A DNA stretch of 64,000 nt from Candidatus Subterrananammoxibius californiae (GTDB taxonomy: Bacteria > Planctomycetota > Brocadiia > Brocadiales > Subterrananammoxibiaceae), in contig JAURAC010000002.1 of NCBI GenBank assembly GCA_030586555.1, positions 96,001-160,000 of the forward strand, written 5' to 3'. The notes below the pieces were generated by a model. It saw only the letters and a list, made by a program, of their open reading frames with translations. It did not search any database and had not been told where the DNA came from. Shown one piece after another: positions 49,378-59,141 of the stretch (position 1 is its first letter; every line of letters starts with the position of its first letter). The position numbers and the translations under genes are program-made.

Positions 49378-49758
49378 TTACTCCTCGGAAGGTTCTTCTT
49401 CAGGTTGTGTTTCTTGCGTCTCTGCTGCGGTCTCTTCCTGGACAGGCTTTTCTTCACTTATTGCTTCTTCAGCCTTTTCAGGTTCCTCCTCAGTAGCTTC
49501 TTCTACAGGTTTTGTTTCTTGTTCCTCACCAACCGCGGTTGCTTCTTGTGCAGGCTGTTCTTCGCTTGTCACCTCTTCAGCCTTTGCGGGTTCCTCAGCC
49601 TTTTCCTCTTCTTGAACCTCTTTCTTTGCTTCTGCCTGAGTAGGTGCGCCGGGGTTAATCTTATTGAAGTTTAACATTACAACAACAAGTGCAACACCGC
49701 TTAAAATCATTGCAGAAACAAAAATTGACCCCACAATCTTTCTTAACAAATCTTCCAT
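49378..49758 (-). CDS. single-TM protein with Glu-rich repetitive tail
   Basis: MEDLLRK plus TM segment, then EEPAKAEE/EEKPV repeats. Confidence 0.7.
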   Translation of the reverse strand: MEDLLRKIVGSIFVSAMILSGVALVVVMLNFNKINPGAPTQAEAKKEVQEEEKAEEPAKAEEVTSEEQPAQEATAVGEEQETKPVEEATEEEPEKAEEAISEEKPVQEETAAETQETQPEEEPSEE

Positions 49759-49844
49759 TGTATCTCTCTCCTTTAAAATTGTTCTACCTTCCCTTTTATC
49801 CCATCCTTGCAAAGGAGTGAATTGCGGGGTGGTATGTTTAATAT

Positions 49845-51260
49845 TTAATCCTTCAGTCTTTTTAATATCTCATGACAAAATGTAGTAAGGGTGTCATCCC
49901 TGGCGCCCATAACGATGACGGTCGTAGTAACTTGCCCATTGCCAAGAGTTTGCCCTTTTAATGCTTTACTTATTTCATCAACTATGTCATTTCTTTCAGG
50001 AACATAAAAAGCGTTAATGCCGTCCTGGTATAATCTGTTAATAATATCACTGGATGATATATTTTTATTTGCCGTGCCACCTGCATAAAATATTTCTGGC
50101 ATAAATAACATATCGGAAGAAGAGAGCTTCGCTTTAAAGGCGGCAATAAGCTCCTCCTTCAGAAAATTAGTTGGTCCATACCCATGGGGTTGAAATACTA
50201 CGATGAGCCTTTCTGCGCTAAGTCTTGCTGCATCTATAGCAGCCATTATTTTTGCGGGATTATGGGCAAAGTCATCTATAATCTTGATACCATTAACTTC
50301 ACCAATTAAATCCATCCTGCGACTTATTCCCTTAAATGACTTCAGCGCCGCAAATATTTTATCATCCGATATACCTAAACTTTTTGCAACGGAGATTGCT
50401 GCGGCAGCATTTGAGACATTATATAAACCCTGAATATTTAGCTCAAATGTTGTGCCGTTTGCCTTGAACCTTGAACCGTGCGGGGGACACACTACATCTT
50501 TTATACGTATCTTCGCATCAGGGCTACTGCCGTACGTAACAACATTTTTGGAACGTAAGCTAATATTTCTAAGCTCTGGGCAATCAGCATTGATGACCAG
50601 CGTCTCCGTGGTATTCTTTATGAAGGAAGAAAATAATTGTGATAGCTCATCTACAGGTTTATGGTCCTTTGAGATATTTGTAATAACGCCAACCTTAGGT
50701 CTATAACCTATAATACTTCCATCACTTTCGTCTGCCTCTATAGTCATCAGCGTAGATTTTCCTACCTTAGTATTTCCGAGGAAGGTGTTGGTTGCATAGT
50801 TCTTAATGTAACCTCCAATTAGTATTGTAGGGTCAAGTCCTGCATAATCAAGTATCCAACCAATCATCCCGCTTACCGTTGTCTTTCCATTGGTGCCCCC
50901 GATGGCTATGCCGTATAGATTATTGAAGATTTCTGCAAGCAAGTCAGCCCTTTTTATTATAGTAATGCCCTTTTCTCTTGCTTCTTTGACGTCAGGATTA
51001 TTATCCTCAATTGCCGATGAAACAACCAGGCAATTTGTCGAGCCGTTGACGCCAGAACCATCCTGCGAGAACAATTTTATGCCTTGATGCTCAAGCGCAG
51101 AAAAGAGGTGGGGAAAAAGTCTCCTGTCGTTATTTCTATCAGACCCCGAGACAGTACGCCCTTGAGCCTGTAACAACTGGGCAATTGCGCTCATGCCAAT
51201 ACCACCTATCCCAACAAGGTGGTAAGACATCATCCCCGCAGATTTAAGCTTATTGTTCAT
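49845..51260 (-). CDS. murC: MurC-family Mur ligase
   Basis: GIGGIGMSA, GTNGKTT, EADESDG, DDFAHNP, FQPH. Confidence 0.85.
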   Translation of the reverse strand: MNNKLKSAGMMSYHLVGIGGIGMSAIAQLLQAQGRTVSGSDRNNDRRLFPHLFSALEHQGIKLFSQDGSGVNGSTNCLVVSSAIEDNNPDVKEAREKGITIIKRADLLAEIFNNLYGIAIGGTNGKTTVSGMIGWILDYAGLDPTILIGGYIKNYATNTFLGNTKVGKSTLMTIEADESDGSIIGYRPKVGVITNISKDHKPVDELSQLFSSFIKNTTETLVINADCPELRNISLRSKNVVTYGSSPDAKIRIKDVVCPPHGSRFKANGTTFELNIQGLYNVSNAAAAISVAKSLGISDDKIFAALKSFKGISRRMDLIGEVNGIKIIDDFAHNPAKIMAAIDAARLSAERLIVVFQPHGYGPTNFLKEELIAAFKAKLSSSDMLFMPEIFYAGGTANKNISSSDIINRLYQDGINAFYVPERNDIVDEISKALKGQTLGNGQVTTTVIVMGARDDTLTTFCHEILKRLKD

Positions 51261-51940
51261 CCCTTTTTTAGAAGGTCGGGCCTTTTACTTTGTGTGCGTT
51301 TTAATGATTGTTCGGTTCGCCACTGCTTGATGCTTCCGTGATTTCCAGAAACAAGTATCTCCGGCACCTTCATACCACGAAAATCCGCAGGGCGTGTAAA
51401 TTGAGGATATTCAAGCAATCCGCCTGTGAAGGACTCATCGCTTGGCGATTCCGCATCGCCAAGCACGCCGGGAACTAACCTAACCACCGCATCAATGACG
51501 ACCATTGCAGGTATTTCCCCACCCGAAAGGACATAGTCACCGATGGAAATTTCAATAGCATCAAGCCCGATACGGACTCTTTCGTCAAAACCTTCGTAAT
51601 GTCCGCATACCAGTATCAAATGCTCCTCTTTTGAGAGTTCATGGGCAACCTGCTGTGTGAATTTGATTCCCTGTGGTGTTAGCAATATCTTTTTGGAGGG
51701 GGTTGAATCCTGCTTATCTACCGCTTCAATGGTTCTAAAGACGGGTTCAGGTCTCATAACCATTCCCGGTCCCCCACCGTAAGGCCTATCATCAACCTTC
51801 TTGTGTTTATCTTCTGAGAAATCCCTTATATTCCAGATGAAATATTGAACAATCCCCTTCTCCTGAGCCCTTTTCAACATGCTCTGGCTTAGCACCGCAG
51901 GAAACATTTCTGGAAATAGTGTTAATATATCAATACGCAT
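51257..51940 (-). CDS. trmD: tRNA (guanine-N1)-methyltransferase
   Basis: DDRPYGGGPGM, CGHYEG, SIGDYVLSGGE. Confidence 0.97.
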   Translation of the reverse strand: MRIDILTLFPEMFPAVLSQSMLKRAQEKGIVQYFIWNIRDFSEDKHKKVDDRPYGGGPGMVMRPEPVFRTIEAVDKQDSTPSKKILLTPQGIKFTQQVAHELSKEEHLILVCGHYEGFDERVRIGLDAIEISIGDYVLSGGEIPAMVVIDAVVRLVPGVLGDAESPSDESFTGGLLEYPQFTRPADFRGMKVPEILVSGNHGSIKQWRTEQSLKRTQSKRPDLLKKG

Positions 51941-52010
51941 GGTCTTTACTTTACCTATTTTTTAGCTTTGCGTGAAAGAATTTGTTTCACGCAGAGAACG
52001 CAAAGGACGC

Positions 52011-52223
52011 TTAAGAGTATGCCTTTTCACAACCTTCTTCTATTGCTTTTGACATTAGTTGTAAATCATTATCAGGAATGCTTCCTTCAAATCGTAAAAG
52101 ACTTTTTCCTTTGACCCCTTTCGGAATTAAGGCTTTTGCAAAATCAAGTACACGAAGCTGAAGGTCATAAGGAAGTTCGTCAATTTGGGCAATAAGCTTA
52201 TCTTTTACAGATGTATTTGTCAT
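52011..52223 (-). CDS. orphan antitoxin-like protein (possibly truncated)
   Basis: RVLDFAKAL, GVKGKSLLRF, AIEEGCEK; no toxin follows. Confidence 0.65.
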   Translation of the reverse strand: MTNTSVKDKLIAQIDELPYDLQLRVLDFAKALIPKGVKGKSLLRFEGSIPDNDLQLMSKAIEEGCEKAYS

Positions 52224-52245
52224 AAATCCACCCTCTTTTCAAATT

Positions 52246-52440
52246 TCATAATCCTTGCCAAGCCTCATCCTCCTCTGGTCTTAGCCAATCTTTTTTTAAA
52301 GAGGATTCACTTGCTATAGCAATATCCAGTCTTTCTTTAATTGTCTTTGTCTTTAGAAAGTGAACAAAATCCAGTACTTCATCAAGAAAAGGTTCAAGAA
52401 CCTGTTCAATCTCATTTATTAGTAATGACCTTTTATTCAT
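52246..52440 (-). CDS. DUF2281-like orphan antitoxin
   Basis: EVLDFVHFLK, ASESSLKKDWLRPEEDEAW. Confidence 0.75.
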   Translation of the reverse strand: MNKRSLLINEIEQVLEPFLDEVLDFVHFLKTKTIKERLDIAIASESSLKKDWLRPEEDEAWQGL

Positions 52441-52535
52441 AATACCTATCTCTTATTTTACGCACCGTTTCAACTGCTTTTACTGCCATTTTTTGTCAAC
52501 CATTTTAGCCGAGTTTTGTGAAAATGTATAGTTTC

Positions 52536-52606
52536 TGTCACCCTGAACTCGTTTCAGGGTCTGAGATGCTGAATCAAGTAGATGCCGAAACAAGTTCGGC
52601 ATGACA
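52536..52606. repeat. TGTCA...TGACA-bounded palindromic miniature element
   Basis: accctgaa-ctcgt-ttcagggt and atgccgaa-acaag-ttcggcat hairpins. Confidence 0.7.
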
Positions 52607-52629
52607 TGCTTTACTATTTTGCGACTTTA

Positions 52630-52761
52630 TTAACCTTTAACAGCTATCCCTTGCTTTTTGAGCAGGACTGCTACTGATTCTGAGGGTTGTGCGCCTACAC
52701 TAAGCCAGTATTTAATCCTATCCTTTTTCAGTAAGGCTTTCTTTGCATCATTCGGTTCAAC
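52630..52761 (-). repeat. diverged in-frame copy of the rpsP 3' half (43 codons plus stop)
   Basis: VEPNDAKKALLKKDRIKYWLSVGAQPSESVAVLLKKQGIAVKG* vs rpsP 53517-53648. Confidence 0.92.
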
Positions 52762-52771
52762 GAGCTCCGTC

Positions 52772-53187
52772 TCATTTACCTAACAAAAGTGCCTTAAATT
52801 CTGCTTGAACAAAATGGTCATCGGCAGCAAGGGCATCTTTAATTCCGTATCTTTTCATTACAACAAAAGATATACAATCTGTAAGCCCCCAATCTTTATC
52901 TTTTCTTTTATCAAAGAATTCAAGCCCCTCCTTGATAAGGGGCGTGGTTATTGGCACGACTTCTACATTCTCCGTCTCATAAAAACCCTTGATAAACGCT
53001 GAACAGCTTTGACGAAGACTTTGTTTAGAAAGAACGTTTCCTATTTCTAATAAGATTGCTTCCGTGGTAACAACTTTGTTAGGTCGTGAGGTAAGCTCCT
53101 TCAGTTCTTTTGCCTGCTTATGAAACTCGTCTGAGGTATTAAAAAGGCCAAAACATAACTTGTATCTACAAAGATTTTACTCTCCAT
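52772..53187 (-). pseudogene. PIN/VapC toxin with 1-nt frameshift near 53145
   Basis: MESKIFVDTSYV...; TTEAILLEIGN; DKDWGLTDCISF; DDHFVQA; span 416 nt. Confidence 0.8.
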
Positions 53188-53426
53188 TATCGCCTATCAG
53201 TACCGTAAAGATAGTGGTTATGATTGCGTGACCAATCTTTAATACCGACGTCGGTAGCAGTGTCTACTATCTCGTCAAAAACATTATAAAGCTTTTTTTT
53301 CTGAACCTCTTTTGTGCTCTTTTTAATCTTTAATGTTTTAATGAAGTCCCTTACTTCCTGCAAAGCCTTTACTGGCAGGACTGCTATCTCTCTTTCAATT
53401 TTTTCTACGGCTACACTTTTTCGCAT
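53187..53426 (-). CDS. putative antitoxin
   Basis: DWSRNHNHYLYG C-terminal motif; TAATG coupling to the PIN gene. Confidence 0.8.
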   Translation of the reverse strand: MRKSVAVEKIEREIAVLPVKALQEVRDFIKTLKIKKSTKEVQKKKLYNVFDEIVDTATDVGIKDWSRNHNHYLYGTDRR

Positions 53427-53516
53427 TTTTAGACCTATCCGTTAGTATCTTTTGTCCCCTTTAAACGCACATCAAAAAGCAAGGTCTGATTCCGTCTTTT
53501 CCCTTAAAGCGGCAAA

Positions 53517-53771
53517 TTAACGCTTAACGGCTATCCCGTGCTTTTTAAGCAGGGCTGCCACTGATTCTGAGGGTTGTGCGCCAACACTTAGCCAGTACTC
53601 AATTCTATCCTTTTTTAGCACGGTTTTCTTCGCATCATCAGGTTCGATGGGGTTATAAGTGCCAAGGAGTTCTATGCTTTTACCGTCCCTCTCCTCATGA
53701 CTATCAAATGCACCGATTCTATAAAAAGGCAGATTCTTACGTCCCATTCTTTTCATTCTTATTCTTACCAT
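53517..53771 (-). CDS. rpsP: 30S ribosomal protein S16
   Basis: MVRIRMKRMG, PFYRI, RDGK, WLSVGAQPS. Confidence 0.97.
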   Translation of the reverse strand: MVRIRMKRMGRKNLPFYRIGAFDSHEERDGKSIELLGTYNPIEPDDAKKTVLKKDRIEYWLSVGAQPSESVAALLKKHGIAVKR

Positions 53772-53876
53772 TAATCACTCCCTTTCATAAAAAAATTGTT
53801 TTACCTCCCCTTTCCCCTCCTTGCGAAGGAGGGGATTAAGGGGTGGTTATGTTTATTTTTCACTTAGTTCCTTTTC

Positions 53877-55250
53877 TCATTTCTTGCCTATCCTGCCCAA
53901 AAAAGGCATCCCTTGCGTCAAGGTAGCAGGAGACATTAACTTCTTTCCGCCATGGAAAGGCATTCTCCCACCACCAATTTGTTTAAACATTTTTTTCATC
54001 TGCTTAAACTGTTTTAGCAGGAGGTTTACTTCTTGAGGATTTGTTCCGCTCCCACGGGCAATTCGTTGCTTTCTGCTTCCATCAATAATATCAGGACGCA
54101 CCCTCTCATCAACAGTCATTGAGCGGATTATTGCCTCTACCCTTTTCATCTGACCTTCATCAACCTCCATGCCTTGCATCCTTGAACCGATGCCTGGTAT
54201 CATGCCGAGGATTTCTTTGAGCGGACCCATCTTCTTGACCTGCTGAAGTTGCGAGAGGAAGTCCTCGAGGGTTAATGTGTCTTCCATGAGCTTCTGCTCT
54301 AATTTCCCAGCCTCTTCCATATTAATGGCTTGTTGCGCCCGCTCAACGAAGGATACGACGTCTCCCATGCCGAGTATTCTTGAAGCCATCCGTTCTGGAT
54401 GGAACTCCTCGATTCGGTCAAGCTTTTCGCCAGTCCCTACAAACTTTATGGGTTTGCCCGTAATAGCCTTAATAGACAAAGCAGCGCCGCCACGCGCGTC
54501 GCCATCGAGTTTTGATAATATTACTCCGTCAAGGTTGAGTTGTTCATTAAACGCCTTTGCGCTATTGACGGCATCCTGACCGGTCATTGAATCACAAACA
54601 AAGTAAATTTGATGCGGTTTTAATTTTTCCTTTATTTCTTTGAGCTCAGCCATCAATTCCTGGTCAATATGCAAACGGCCCGCAGTGTCAAGAAGCAACA
54701 CATCAACGCCATTTTCTTTTGCATGATTTAAAGCCCTCTGGCATATCTTTACAGGTCTAACCCCTTGCTCTGAGTAAACAGGAACGTTAAGCTGCTGACC
54801 GAGTACTTTTAGTTGCTCTATTGCAGCAGGTCTTTGAACGTCCGCTGCTATAAGCATCGGCTTTCTGCCCTTCGACTGAACCAGTTTAGCTAATTTCCCA
54901 GCCGTGGTTGTCTTTCCACTACCCTGTAATCCTACAAGCATTATGACTGTAGGCTCGCCGTTTGCAAAGGGTATAGTTGAATCAACGGGACCCATCAGTT
55001 GCTCTATCTCGTCGTGAACGATTTTGACAATCTGCTGCCCCGGTGTAACGCTTTTGATTACATCCTCACCGATTGCCCTTTGCGTCACCCTTTCAATAAA
55101 TTCCTTTACTACCTTATAGTTAACATCCGCCTCGAGCAGGGCGGTCCTAACCTCACGTAAGCCGTCCTGGATATTACTTTCCGTAAGACGTCCCCTTCCG
55201 CGTAGCTTTGAGAAAACCGATTCAAAACTTTTACTGATTGACTCAAACAT
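53877..55250 (-). CDS. ffh: signal recognition particle protein
   Basis: GLQGSGKTT, DTAGRL, DGDARGGAALS, RILGMGD; start MFES. Confidence 0.97.
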   Translation of the reverse strand: MFESISKSFESVFSKLRGRGRLTESNIQDGLREVRTALLEADVNYKVVKEFIERVTQRAIGEDVIKSVTPGQQIVKIVHDEIEQLMGPVDSTIPFANGEPTVIMLVGLQGSGKTTTAGKLAKLVQSKGRKPMLIAADVQRPAAIEQLKVLGQQLNVPVYSEQGVRPVKICQRALNHAKENGVDVLLLDTAGRLHIDQELMAELKEIKEKLKPHQIYFVCDSMTGQDAVNSAKAFNEQLNLDGVILSKLDGDARGGAALSIKAITGKPIKFVGTGEKLDRIEEFHPERMASRILGMGDVVSFVERAQQAINMEEAGKLEQKLMEDTLTLEDFLSQLQQVKKMGPLKEILGMIPGIGSRMQGMEVDEGQMKRVEAIIRSMTVDERVRPDIIDGSRKQRIARGSGTNPQEVNLLLKQFKQMKKMFKQIGGGRMPFHGGKKLMSPATLTQGMPFLGRIGKK

Positions 55251-55269
55251 AATTAATCCCAATAAATTA

Positions 55270-55337
55270 GTAGCCGCAACCTTTAGGTTGCGCATACCCT
55301 TTAAGCATATTGTCCGCAGGCTAAAGCCTGCGACTAC
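55270..55337. repeat. GTAG-type REP doublet
   Basis: gtagccgcaacctttaggttgcg ... cgcaggctaaagcctgcgactac. Confidence 0.75.
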
Positions 55338-55431
55338 AAGACTGTAAGATTATTATACTGAACCTGTTAAAATATTCAACTTAAAAGTGTTCTATGTGAG
55401 CCAAGAAAATGTGTACCCATTTGCACCCTTG

Positions 55432-58400
55432 TTATGCTGCCCAATCTCTACAAATCAAGGTTGCTTGTTCTAATACCGTAATTGTAGCCTTTTGCTGTTT
55501 ATCTGGAGGATAACCATATTTCCTTAGTATTCTTTTTACCGATATCCTAAGTTTTGCTTGTATGCTTTCCTTCAGTGTCCAATCAATAGTTACATTTTTA
55601 CGAAGGGTTTTAACAAGCTCTCGTGCAATTGTTCTTAATGTTTCATTACCCAAAACTTTTACTGCACTGTCATTTACTTCCAGGGCATCATAAAAGGCAA
55701 GTTCTTCTTCATTTAAATTTGGTTTTTCTCCTCTACGATTCGCCTCGCGCATCTTTTTGGCTAATTCTATTAATTCTTCAATCACTTGGGCGCTTTCTAT
55801 GCTTTTACTTTGATATTTCTTAATGGTTTTTTCCAGCATTTCTGCAAAAGACCTTCCTTGAATCAAATTCTTTTTTGACCTTACTTTTATCTCATCACTA
55901 AGGAGCTTTTTAAGCAATTCCAAAGCAAGATTTTTATGAGGCAATCCTCTAATCTCTGCCAAAAATTCATCTGAAAGTATTGAAATATCTGGTTTTTTCA
56001 GTCCGGCGGCAGCAAAAATATCTATGACTTCGTCTGAAGCAATAGCCTTGGAGATAATTTGCCTGATAGCAGAATCCAGTTCTTCCTGCGTTTTGCCTGC
56101 TGTTGTAGTGGTTTTAGCAAGACCAGACCTAACTGCCTGAAAGAATCCAACATCATCACGAATCTTTAAAGCTTCTTCATCCGGTACGGCAAGAGCAAAT
56201 GCCTTTGATAATTCAGTAACATATTTTAAACACCTCTCTTTGCCATCTTTTTGTTTAAGGACGTGTTCAATTGCTGCTGGAATAAGAGACATCTTCTCCT
56301 TTGGTATGCCAGTAAAGAATTTGGAATAATCAAATCCATGAAAAAGCGTAGATACGACTTCGTATTTTTCAAGCATTAAGGCAACTGCTACATCTTTTGG
56401 GATACCCGTTTCTTTTCTATCGCCTTCTGTATATTCTGATAACGCCTTCTTTAACTCGTCTGCTATACCTAAGTAATCAACAACAAGCCCTCCGGGTTTA
56501 TCTTTAAAAACACGGTTTACCCTTGCAATTGCCTGCATTAGTCCATGACTGCGCATTGGTTTGTCAACGTACATAGTGTGGAGGCTCGGAGCATCAAACC
56601 CAGTTAACCACATATCCCTTACTATAGCCAGCTTAAGGGGGTTAGCAGGGTCTTTCATGTAGTCTCCAATCGCATGTCGCCTTTGTTTATTTCTAATATG
56701 TTCCTGCCAGCTTACCGGGTCGCTTGCAGACCCCGTCATAACAACCTTTATAATTCCTTTATCATCGTCTTTGTGATACCAGTCGGGCCTCAATTTAATA
56801 AGCTCGTTGTGAAGTTCAATGCAGATGCGCCTGCTCATACAAACAATCATGCCTTTGCCATCAAGGACTTCAAGGCGCTTCTCGAAGTGGTCAACAATAT
56901 CCTTTGCAACGCTCTTTATACGTTTTTCGCTCCCCACTATGGCTTCAAGCCTTGCCCACCTGCTTTTTAATTTTTCCTTCTTATCCACTTCTTCACCTTC
57001 TGTGACTTCTTCAAATTCGGGGTCAATCTTTGGTCTTTCCTCAGGTTTTAATTCAAGCTTTGCCAATCTGCTTTCGTAGTATATCCTTACCGTTGCCCCA
57101 TCCTTTACTGCCTGCTCAACGTCATAAACGTCAATATAATTTCCGAACACGGCAGGGGTGTTTCTATCCGTTTTTTCAATTGGAGTTCCAGTAAAGCCTA
57201 TAAATGATGCGTTAGGCAGTGCATCCCTCATGTGCCTTGCAAAACCATCAATAAAATCATACTGGCTCCTGTGCGCTTCGTCTGCAATAACTACGATATT
57301 TCTTCTCCCTGAAAGCAGGGGATATTTTCCACCTTTTTCTTCTGGCAGAAATTTTTGTATCGTTGTAAACACAATCCCGCCAGAGGCAACCTTAAGAAGA
57401 TTTTTAAGATTATCCCTTGACTCTGACTGAACAGGTGCTTGTCTCAACAATTCTTGGCAGCGGCTGAAAGTGCCAAATAACTGGTCATCCAAATCGTTCC
57501 TATCTGTCAATACAACGATTGTAGGATTATCTAATTTTAGAACAAGTTTCCCCGTGTAGAAAACCATACTTAGACTCTTTCCAGAACCCTGGGTATGCCA
57601 GACAACACCACAGCGCTTGTCTCCTTTTATATCCGATGCCCTAATAGTCGCTTCAATAGCCTTATTTACAGCGTGATATTGATGGTACGCAGCCAATTTC
57701 TTAAGTATGCTCTGGCGTTCTTTTTCAAAAACGATAAAGTGCCTTAGCAGGTCAAGCATTCGGTTTTTATCAAACATTCCTTTGAAAAGCACTTCCAACT
57801 GCGGCATTACGCTGGATGCCGTTTCTTTTCCTTCAATGGTTTTCCATGGCAAAAACCATTCTTTGCCAGATGTTATAGTTCCTGCTCTTGCCTCTGTCCC
57901 ATCGCTGATAATCAAAATTTCATTGTAATGAAATAACGAGGGAATCTGTTCCTTGTAGGTTTCAAATTGGTTGAAGGCAGTCCAGATTGTTGCATTTTCA
58001 TCTGCCGGGTTTTTCAATTCAATGACTACTAAAGGCAGACCATTCACAAAAAGGATTATATCGGGTCTTCTGTTGGGTGGTTGTTTTGCAAGTACGGTAA
58101 ACTGATTTACAGCCAGGAATTCGTTGTTTTGTGCATTCTCAAAATCAAAAAGCCAGACCTTATCTCCCCTGATGGCCCCGTCTTCTCTACGATACTCAAT
58201 ATCAACGCCGTCAACAAGCATCTTATGGAAGGTCTGGTTATTAATAACAAGGCTCGGACTTTCAGCCCTTAAGGCCTTTTTAAACGCTTCTTCCCTTGCT
58301 TCTTCTGGTATACTCGGATTGAACCTATCAATAGCATCTCTTAGCCTTTCAACGAGGACAACATCAGAATAGCTCCACCTTTCTGGATTAGTTCCATCTG

Positions 58401-58497
58401 GGGTAATATCAGGTCCGTAGCATACTTCATAGCCTAATTCTGAGAGAATATCGAGGGCGGCTTGTTCAATATCGGATTCGGTAATTATGTGTGGCAT
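55432..58497 (-). CDS. hsdR: type I restriction endonuclease subunit R
   Basis: [39 protein letters not shown]. Confidence 0.96.
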   Translation of the reverse strand: MPHIITESDIEQAALDILSELGYEVCYGPDITPDGTNPERWSYSDVVLVERLRDAIDRFNPSIPEEAREEAFKKALRAESPSLVINNQTFHKMLVDGVDIEYRREDGAIRGDKVWLFDFENAQNNEFLAVNQFTVLAKQPPNRRPDIILFVNGLPLVVIELKNPADENATIWTAFNQFETYKEQIPSLFHYNEILIISDGTEARAGTITSGKEWFLPWKTIEGKETASSVMPQLEVLFKGMFDKNRMLDLLRHFIVFEKERQSILKKLAAYHQYHAVNKAIEATIRASDIKGDKRCGVVWHTQGSGKSLSMVFYTGKLVLKLDNPTIVVLTDRNDLDDQLFGTFSRCQELLRQAPVQSESRDNLKNLLKVASGGIVFTTIQKFLPEEKGGKYPLLSGRRNIVVIADEAHRSQYDFIDGFARHMRDALPNASFIGFTGTPIEKTDRNTPAVFGNYIDVYDVEQAVKDGATVRIYYESRLAKLELKPEERPKIDPEFEEVTEGEEVDKKEKLKSRWARLEAIVGSEKRIKSVAKDIVDHFEKRLEVLDGKGMIVCMSRRICIELHNELIKLRPDWYHKDDDKGIIKVVMTGSASDPVSWQEHIRNKQRRHAIGDYMKDPANPLKLAIVRDMWLTGFDAPSLHTMYVDKPMRSHGLMQAIARVNRVFKDKPGGLVVDYLGIADELKKALSEYTEGDRKETGIPKDVAVALMLEKYEVVSTLFHGFDYSKFFTGIPKEKMSLIPAAIEHVLKQKDGKERCLKYVTELSKAFALAVPDEEALKIRDDVGFFQAVRSGLAKTTTTAGKTQEELDSAIRQIISKAIASDEVIDIFAAAGLKKPDISILSDEFLAEIRGLPHKNLALELLKKLLSDEIKVRSKKNLIQGRSFAEMLEKTIKKYQSKSIESAQVIEELIELAKKMREANRRGEKPNLNEEELAFYDALEVNDSAVKVLGNETLRTIARELVKTLRKNVTIDWTLKESIQAKLRISVKRILRKYGYPPDKQQKATITVLEQATLICRDWAA

Positions 58498-58500
58498 AGG

Positions 58501-59094
58501 TTAACCCTGAAATATTTTCTGGTAATAATCTTTCACCGTAGAGACGCAAAATTTTGCGTCTCTTTTCGTGTTTTCAATATCCGATTCCCATCGTAAGGGG
58601 TTGTATGTAATGTATTCGCGAATTCTATTTAATGATGTTTCGTTGCGGATAATATGCTCGTAAAAACGAGGTTGCCATTGAAATGGTACACAATTCATCG
58701 TTGCCCATTTTTTAACACCTGCCTTATATCCGCGGATTATTGATGCTAAATTTTTTGATTGCGGGCCGAATGTATTTTCATATGGTAGAGACGCAAGATT
58801 TTGCGTCTCTACAATAACATTGCCATTTTCGATAATCATTATTCCATGTACATGGTTGGGCATTATAATAAATCCGTCTAACATAACAACAGGAAAATGA
58901 ATGGGGATTTCTGTCCAATATTGATGCGCCATTTCCCCAATTTCCGTTAATTCCACCTGCCCATTCACGATATCCCTGAAATAATTAACGCGGTCTTTTG
59001 TGCAGGTGGTGATGAAATATGCACCTGACGAATAATCCCAATGTTTCAACCGTGTAGATTCAATGCGGTATTCGTTCATGTATTTTTCTGTCAT
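58501..59094 (-). mobile_element. REP-associated tyrosine transposase (RAYT, HUH Y1)
   Basis: GAYFIT, MPNHVHG, WQPRFYEHIIR, YITYNP; GTAGAGACG REPs at 58538, 58785 and 59118. Confidence 0.88.
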
Positions 59095-59141
59095 ACCGAC
59101 ACCTAATCTCCCCTGCCGTAGAGACACAAAATCTTGCGTCT

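Noticed and set aside
49358..49885. Plus-strand Ser/Phe/Cys-rich ORFs
   Set aside because: Antisense shadows of the Glu-rich gene; the same applies to most short ORFs overlapping housekeeping genes
51940..53517. Loss of rimM/KH genes caused by the cassette insertions
   Set aside because: No remnants are visible, and the ancestral gene order in this lineage cannot be determined from the window
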